Virus record (IMG/VR): IMGVR_UViG_3300028025_002856
Coordinates: 1-28,543 of that record
DNA: 28,543 nucleotides
Direction: 5' to 3' (one strand)
Origin: a virus
Taxonomy: Duplodnaviria; Caudoviricetes
A program made the position numbers and the translations under genes. Numbering within the stretch: position 1 is the stretch's first letter; each line of letters begins with the position of its first letter. Below are positions 23,446 through 28,543 of the stretch, piece by piece. The notes beneath the pieces are model-generated. The model saw nothing but the letters and a program-made list of their open reading frames with translations. It made no database searches and was not told where the DNA came from.

Positions 23446-23589
23446 TTATTTAGCGCTCTTGGCGCGTTGACCTCTGTAACCTGTTTTCTTTTTGTTCATA
23501 GAGCCTGGCTTCTTGTAGCCGCTACCGTTTGGAGTAGCTGCCTGGCGTTGCTCTAAAGCCTTAGCAATCTTATCGTGGTGTTTTCCCAT
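23446..23589 (-). CDS. 47-aa highly basic microprotein
   Basis: Hand translation MGKHHDKIAKALEQRQAATPNGSGYKKPGSMNKKKTGYRGQRAKSAK. Not in the ORF track. Confidence 0.65.
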   Translation of the reverse strand: MGKHHDKIAKALEQRQAATPNGSGYKKPGSMNKKKTGYRGQRAKSAK

Positions 23590-23593
23590 TTGA

Positions 23594-23740
23594 TTAGTCT
23601 TCTTTAATATAGGTTTCTAGCGCTTCAATAATGATGCTAGTAACCGTAATCTTCTCAGCTGCAGCTTTCTTCTGGACAGCAGTCCATAGCTGGTCTGATA
23701 CGCGGATGGTACGCGTTGGAGTCTTGGGTGCGTTAGGCAT
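23594..23740 (-). CDS. Ribbon-helix-helix DNA-binding protein (48 aa)
   Basis: MPNAPKTPTRTIRVSDQLWTAVQKKAAAEKITVTSIIIEALETYIKED: RTIRV strand followed by two helices. Leaderless TATACT-N6-ATG. Confidence 0.8.
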   Translation of the reverse strand: MPNAPKTPTRTIRVSDQLWTAVQKKAAAEKITVTSIIIEALETYIKED

Positions 23741-23783
23741 TGTAAAAGTATACACACCCAACACTTATCATTGGGTATAAAAG

Positions 23784-23854
23784 CTCCCCACCAAGGACTC
23801 GAACCTCGATTAACGGCGCCAGAAGCCGCAGTCTTGCCATTAGACGAATGGGGA
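23784..23854 (-). tRNA. tRNA-Gln(CTG), CCA not encoded
   Basis: TCCCCAT/GTGGGGA acceptor, anticodon arm GCGGC-TTCTGGC-GCCGT, T arm CGAGG-TTCGAGT-CCTTG, discriminator G then CTT. Confidence 0.92.
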
Positions 23855-23855
23855 A

Positions 23856-23931
23856 TGGAGCGGTTGACGAGGCTCGAACTCGCGACCTGCACCTTGGCAA
23901 GGTGCCGCTCTACCAACTGAGCTACAACCGC
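23856..23931 (-). tRNA. tRNA-Gly(GCC), CCA encoded
   Basis: GCGGTTG/CAACCGC acceptor, GCACC-TTGCCAA-GGTGC, GTTCGAG T loop, ends TCCA; 76 nt. Confidence 0.95.
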
Positions 23932-23935
23932 ATAG

Positions 23936-24008
23936 CTGCCCCACCTGGACTCGAACCAGGGACACTCGCATTAACAGTGCGATGCTCTGCCAACTGAGCT
24001 ATGGGGCA
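23936..24008 (-). tRNA. tRNA-Asn(GTT), CCA not encoded
   Basis: TGCCCCA/TGGGGCA acceptor, TCGCA-CTGTTAA-TGCGA, CCTGG-TTCGAGT-CCAGG, discriminator G then CTA. Confidence 0.93.
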
Positions 24009-25601
24009 CTAGACATCTGATGACTGAAGGAAAGCTTTTAGACTTCCCACAGACATTGACACCTTAGTTTCATCATCATCTACACCTTCACCATCAATGA
24101 TGGCGTTAGCAATAGAACTCTTCTGTTGTAGGGCTTCCCACTGACGTTCCTCAATGGACCCTGAGATAACTATATCTTGGATTACGATTGAAGGCCATGT
24201 TGAAGAGGCTCTTTTGATACGACCGTTACGCTGGGTGGCTGTACCTGATGACCACGGTAAATCATAATTAACCAACATGTTAGCTGCGGGTAGGTCTACC
24301 CCATAACCGCCAGCATCGGAAGAAATAAGAACACGAACAGTAGGGTCATTATTAAAAGCAACTTTGTTATCTTCTTTAGTCTTAGCATCTAACTTCCCTG
24401 AGTATAGTCGGCACTGCTCTGGACCTAAAGCCTCAGCAATCTTGTCTAGCATGTCTACATAGGTAGCAAAGATAACTACTTTGTTTTCTTGATTTTGTTC
24501 CAAGAAGTCTTTAACGTACTGAGTAAGATAATCAAGCTTAGGCGAGTTACCAGTATTATCAAGAAGACCCCCATCAACCAACTCAGTGACATAAGCAGAA
24601 CCCTCTCCATTCATTTGCTTAAACTTAGCTGCACTACTACGTAGTAGTTCTGGATGAGAACAGAGCATCTTTAATGCTCCAATCTTAGACATAATCTTAC
24701 CGCGCATCTCATCCTGTGGTCCGCCACGTGTGGACTCCATACCATAGTGCGCCATTACGTTGAAGTTAGAACCAAACAGGTCTTGAGCTTCGTCAAGGTC
24801 TGATAACAAATCTTGTGAAATACGTGTGTATAACTTTGAGCATGCTCTATCAAAGACAATCTTTACTGGGTCTTTGTGGATAGTGTCAGGTAAGTATGGA
24901 GCAACGTCTGGGTCTTTTTGCGCTTTACGTACGCAGACTTCTTTCATCCTAGTGTGAAGGGTAGAAAGGTTACGGTAGTACTGAGGTGCTCCCCAAGAGT
25001 TTCTTACGATAAAAGCAGCGTCAAAGATATCAAACCGACCAAGTACGCTGGCGTCAACGAACTGCATAATGCTGTACAGCTCTTCAGGCTTGCCATTTTC
25101 AATCGGAGTACCAGTGAGCGCGTATCTGTACTTAGCATTGATTAACCTCTTTACTGCTTTGGAGCGTTTGGATTTAAATGACTTGATGGCTGTGGCTTCG
25201 TCAAGTACAACGAATCCTCTTGGGAGTTCTTTGATGGTATCCCAGTCGTTAACAACCTGCTCATAGTTAAGGATAATGTAATCAACCCCTGTATTCCGCC
25301 AGTCCATTGCTTCGGCGTACTGAGCTGCTCTTTTCTTCGGCGTTCCATCAATGACCAAAGCTTTAGAAGTTCCATCGGTAAATTTCTCAATCTGATTAGC
25401 CCACTGATACTTCAATGAGGATAGACAGATTATAAGACCTGGCTCTGTAACTTTGTTCTCATCCATCAAACGTTCTAAAGCTGCAATAGTAATAACTGTT
25501 TTGCCCAGACCTAGGTCATAGGCAACAAGAACCTTATGACGTTCGACCATACGGTCTACAGCCTCAGGCTGGTATGGGAGAAGAGTTCCTTTAAAAGTCA
25601 T
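24009..25601 (-). CDS. SNF2-family (SF2) helicase/translocase
   Basis: LLPYQ, DLGLGKT, ILNYE, VLDEAT.IK, LTGTPIEN, SPKL, KVVIF, AGGYGVDL, YDLPWS, QRNGRIKR. Confidence 0.9.
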   Translation of the reverse strand: MTFKGTLLPYQPEAVDRMVERHKVLVAYDLGLGKTVITIAALERLMDENKVTEPGLIICLSSLKYQWANQIEKFTDGTSKALVIDGTPKKRAAQYAEAMDWRNTGVDYIILNYEQVVNDWDTIKELPRGFVVLDEATAIKSFKSKRSKAVKRLINAKYRYALTGTPIENGKPEELYSIMQFVDASVLGRFDIFDAAFIVRNSWGAPQYYRNLSTLHTRMKEVCVRKAQKDPDVAPYLPDTIHKDPVKIVFDRACSKLYTRISQDLLSDLDEAQDLFGSNFNVMAHYGMESTRGGPQDEMRGKIMSKIGALKMLCSHPELLRSSAAKFKQMNGEGSAYVTELVDGGLLDNTGNSPKLDYLTQYVKDFLEQNQENKVVIFATYVDMLDKIAEALGPEQCRLYSGKLDAKTKEDNKVAFNNDPTVRVLISSDAGGYGVDLPAANMLVNYDLPWSSGTATQRNGRIKRASSTWPSIVIQDIVISGSIEERQWEALQQKSSIANAIIDGEGVDDDETKVSMSVGSLKAFLQSSDV

Positions 25602-25905
25602 CTGAGTACTCTAACTCACGAGCGCTAGTTTTTCCAGAACGGGGTGGACAACCGCCATTGTTATGGACGTTATAAAATCCTCGTTTAGACCCCTCAGGCA
25701 TATTTGAATGTAAATCTTCGTTCCATCTATAAAATATTTTGCCAAGCTTATTACAGTGACCGCATTGAGTAACCAGGTAGTCTCCTAGAAAACGCTCACC
25801 TTTGTCTGTCTCCCAGTTAATATTACGTTTAGCCCAAACCCAACAATGCTTACAATACTGATTGTGATGATGCTTGGTGTAGCTGTTGCGAGGGTTATCC
25901 CACAC
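25591..25905 (-). CDS. Zn-finger hypothetical protein
   Basis: CKHCW...CGHC; overlaps neighbours. Confidence 0.6.
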   Translation of the reverse strand: MWDNPRNSYTKHHHNQYCKHCWVWAKRNINWETDKGERFLGDYLVTQCGHCNKLGKIFYRWNEDLHSNMPEGSKRGFYNVHNNGGCPPRSGKTSARELEYSDDF

Positions 25906-26135
25906 TATACATCCGCCCTGTCATCTCGACGCCAATGGATAAAGGACTTAATATAAACAGCAGCATAAGCTATAGCTGAAAATATAAAACCGTACTGCTT
26001 AGTAATCAAAGCATACGTAATCCACAAGATTTCATTAAAGCATAGAACAATCCAACCCCATATAGTCTTACGACCTACAAAGTAGATACCTGCTACGCCA
26101 ATAACAGCTAACAGCCATGACCAATACTGCATCAT
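25905..26135 (-). CDS. Small 3-TM membrane protein, PnuC/SemiSWEET-half-like
   Basis: Three hydrophobic segments; GRK..WGW, LWITYA, Y....IHW pattern. Confidence 0.55.
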   Translation of the reverse strand: MMQYWSWLLAVIGVAGIYFVGRKTIWGWIVLCFNEILWITYALITKQYGFIFSAIAYAAVYIKSFIHWRRDDRADV

Positions 26136-26668
26136 GCGTATGCTCTCATCCTAGTTTGTATAAGAACTTTGAGGTCATCAAGGGTGCCATTGTTAAGAAA
26201 TATCTGGTCAACCTTTTCCCCGTCCATAGCTGTCTCAGATACGTGCGGATTAACAGCGCCTACGTTAGGGCGTTTGATGCGCCATATCTGGGAACCTTCA
26301 TAGTCACGTATATATTGAGCTTCATTAGGGAAACGAACATCCGTAATAACATAATCACCATCAGCGGTAACGTTACGTAGCGCTTGGTCTACCCAGAATG
26401 TTTCTCCAAAAATCTTACGAGCACCGACACCTAAAGTCTGTAGAAGAGTGCGAACCTCTGGGAACGCAGTCTTAGCTACATCCCAGCCATAACCATCAAC
26501 AACTCCTTGAAGTCTATAGCCTCCGTCCTTAACGGTTGGGTTCATCTCGTATAGGAGTTCACGAATAGGGTCAGCAAAAGCAATACGCGTGTAGTCGTAT
26601 TGATTGACAAGAATATCGGCAACTGAATCTTTACCTGACTGAGCGTACCCACATAGACCAATAATCAT
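26132..26668 (-). CDS. Deoxynucleoside monophosphate kinase
   Basis: IIGLCGYAQSGKD, AFADPIR, R.LLQ.LG...R, VITDVRFPNE, HVSE, NNGT. Confidence 0.9.
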   Translation of the reverse strand: MIIGLCGYAQSGKDSVADILVNQYDYTRIAFADPIRELLYEMNPTVKDGGYRLQGVVDGYGWDVAKTAFPEVRTLLQTLGVGARKIFGETFWVDQALRNVTADGDYVITDVRFPNEAQYIRDYEGSQIWRIKRPNVGAVNPHVSETAMDGEKVDQIFLNNGTLDDLKVLIQTRMRAYA

Positions 26669-26669
26669 T

Positions 26670-27584
26670 TCAACTCCTTAACATGTACGTAGCATTTTCA
26701 AGTCCCCAGACTATCTCAGCTTGGGACATTCCGCCAACGTCTTTCATATCTGTCTGAGAGTAGTTAAAGAACCAGCACTCAAGACCAACCTCTTTAGCAC
26801 GACGTAGTAGGTCACGGGTAGCCTCGTTACCAGCCTTATCATTGTCCATAGCAAAAATTACACGCTGTCCACCGCGAATTAAATTAAACTGAGCATCAGA
26901 GACTATACATCCGTATACCGCCACACCGCCTGTAAAGCCCACAGAAGCTAGACGAATAACATCTAGGGGAGACTCAACAACAATCATGTCTCCGCCCTCG
27001 TAGAGGTCGTAGCCAAAAAGTGCATCGCCCTTCTTTACACGCGTAGTGTTTTTAAAGATGCGACGTTCGTGGCCTTTCTCTTGCCATCCCATAAGCTTAT
27101 TAGTTAGCGGGTCTCTAATAGGAATAATCCAAGACTTGTCATTGGAGTTCCAACGTACGCCGTACTTCCAAACTAGGTCTGGTAATAAACCCCTAGTCAA
27201 ACAGGTAGCTCCAGGGACGCCTTTAAATGCACTAAGCATAGACTCGTGAATAATGACTGGCTCTTCGTGCTTGTTCTCTTTAGGGTTTACAAGTCGTTGA
27301 AAACGAGAACGTAAAGATGACTCAACTCTTTCTGCTAAATCTAAATTACCACCACCTGCTACACCGCTGACCTGCTCTATAAGTGTGTAGATGTTCCCCT
27401 TCCACTGACAGGAGAAACATATGAACGCGCCACTATCGGCGTTTATCCATAGTGATGGATTTCTATCTTCTTTGCCTGTGCGCTCTTTATGAGCAGGACA
27501 GTTAATCTGAATCTCATCGCCACGAGTGTCGTTGACTTCGAGACCTAGACTACTAAGAGTGTCTTTCATCTCCTCGATAGTCAT
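26670..27584 (-). CDS. DnaG-like DNA primase
   Basis: CPAH...DRNPS...CFSC Zn finger; IIPI; LFG; TOPRIM VVESPLD and AMDND.AG; KDVG. Confidence 0.88.
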   Translation of the reverse strand: MTIEEMKDTLSSLGLEVNDTRGDEIQINCPAHKERTGKEDRNPSLWINADSGAFICFSCQWKGNIYTLIEQVSGVAGGGNLDLAERVESSLRSRFQRLVNPKENKHEEPVIIHESMLSAFKGVPGATCLTRGLLPDLVWKYGVRWNSNDKSWIIPIRDPLTNKLMGWQEKGHERRIFKNTTRVKKGDALFGYDLYEGGDMIVVESPLDVIRLASVGFTGGVAVYGCIVSDAQFNLIRGGQRVIFAMDNDKAGNEATRDLLRRAKEVGLECWFFNYSQTDMKDVGGMSQAEIVWGLENATYMLRS

Positions 27585-28543
27585 TAGATATCACTTGCAT
27601 CAATCTCTCTAAACGTACCTGTGCCCCAGTCCCATAGGAGTGAGACATCTACGCGACCAGAGTTACGTGAGTCAAGAATCTTAAGTACACGGGTGTCATC
27701 AACATGTTCGTCTTCTCGTTGTAGACCAAAGATAACGTCAGCATCCTGATGGAATGAAGAGGAGTAACCAATAGAGTCAGCGGTTACCTGGCCCTTCTTC
27801 ATCTTCCAGTTCAATACCTGAGTAGAGATAACTACTGGAACCTTGTAACGCTGAGCCATACGCTTTAGTGAACGGGTGATGTTAGTGATTGCTTGCGGGG
27901 TGTTCTGCTCACCGCTCTGCTCATCAATCATAAGATACGTACCGTCAATAAATACAATGTCTGGGTGTAGAACCTGAATCTTGTTAGCAATACCAGAAAC
28001 GGTAGAACCATTAGCAGAGTCAACCAGCCAGAACTTCTTACGCATAGTTTCCAATGACTGAAGCTTCTGCTTGTATCGCGCTTCTTCTTCTGCAGATAGG
28101 TCACCAGTTAATAAACGTGTATGTGAGATACGTGAACGCATAGCATCGTAACGGGTCTGCTGTTCATGGTTACTCATTTCAAATGACTGGAACATCACGC
28201 ACTTGTCCTGCATATGGATGTTCTGTGCAACCTGCAAAGCAAGAGTTGACTTACCAGTCTTAGGTGGAGCAACGATAACAATCAACTGACCATCTTGTAG
28301 TCCGTTAGTTGCTAGGTCCATAGTAGGGAAGCCAGTAGCAACACCAAGCATGCCTGGGTTGTTCTTTCTAAACTCATACTCATTGAAACGCTCTAGTGGG
28401 TTATCGGTAAGGTCTAAGTCGCTAGTCTTACTGAGGCCATCTTCTTCCAACTTAGCAAGCCCACCTTGAAGAACAAGGAGTGCTTTCTCATGGTCTTTTT
28501 CTTTTTCCAAGATGCTAAGGGTTGTATCCATCATGTTGATGGT
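27584..28543 (-). CDS. DnaB-like replicative helicase (N-terminus beyond the window)
   Basis: TGF..MD..T.GL, APPKTGKS, SFEMS, VFIDG.YL, ITRSLK, QDAD, R..R. The frame stays open to the window edge. Confidence 0.9.
   Translation of the reverse strand, partial: TINMMDTTLSILEKEKDHEKALLVLQGGLAKLEEDGLSKTSDLDLTDNPLERFNEYEFRKNNPGMLGVATGFPTMDLATNGLQDGQLIVIVAPPKTGKSTLALQVAQNIHMQDKCVMFQSFEMSNHEQQTRYDAMRSRISHTRLLTGDLSAEEEARYKQKLQSLETMRKKFWLVDSANGSTVSGIANKIQVLHPDIVFIDGTYLMIDEQSGEQNTPQAITNITRSLKRMAQRYKVPVVISTQVLNWKMKKGQVTADSIGYSSSFHQDADVIFGLQREDEHVDDTRVLKILDSRNSGRVDVSLLWDWGTGTFREIDASDI

Noticed and set aside
23617-23916. 99-aa ORF in the ORF track
   Set aside because: It reads through tRNA-Gly and tRNA-Gln and out of frame across the RHH gene; spurious.
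713-27249. Numerous 60-140 aa antisense or alternate-frame ORFs (e.g. 3159-3425, 5546-5893, 13627-14049, 19998-20393)
   Set aside because: They are shadows of well-supported genes, without RBS or recognisable motifs.
2529-28543. Inteins or introns in nrdJ, recA, polA, SNF2 or dnaB
   Set aside because: The ORFs are continuous and of ordinary length, with no intein terminal motifs or homing endonucleases visible.

Overview
This window is a gene-dense segment of a large tailed dsDNA bacteriophage, most likely infecting a relatively AT-rich actinobacterium. The host call is inferred from a WhiB regulator, many leaderless TANNNT-N6-ATG starts and U1-A72 tRNA-Asn/Gln. A short + strand arm (1-2382) holds overlapping micro-ORFs and a DenV/MSMEG_6728-like glycosylase. 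It converges at a bidirectional terminator (2478-2514) with a long - strand arm. The - arm encodes replication, recombination and nucleotide-metabolism functions: DnaB-like helicase (truncated), DnaG-like primase, dNMP kinase, SNF2-like helicase, three tRNAs (Asn, Gly, Gln), RHH and MerR-like HTH proteins, SSB, family A DNA polymerase, RecA, Hjc-like and RuvC-like nucleases, WhiB, solo Cas4-like nuclease, SpoVS, Hsp20, a metallophosphoesterase and a class II ribonucleotide reductase. The best candidate for an undescribed system is a coupled four-gene cassette at 4672-8008. It comprises a Pol-beta nucleotidyltransferase, a HAD-fold protein lacking its nucleophile, a GNAT, and a TGT/DpdA-like barrel lacking its catalytic Asp residues fused to a Cys4 domain. 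A 25-bp promoter motif lies both upstream of this cassette and upstream of the RNR. Other signals: an internal 21-aa repeat in PolA, apparent absence of GATC and CCGG, a repeated TTATCATGATAA palindrome, a candidate 3-way-junction sRNA and several RBS-occluding leader hairpins. All family calls are by motif recognition only; no database searches were run.
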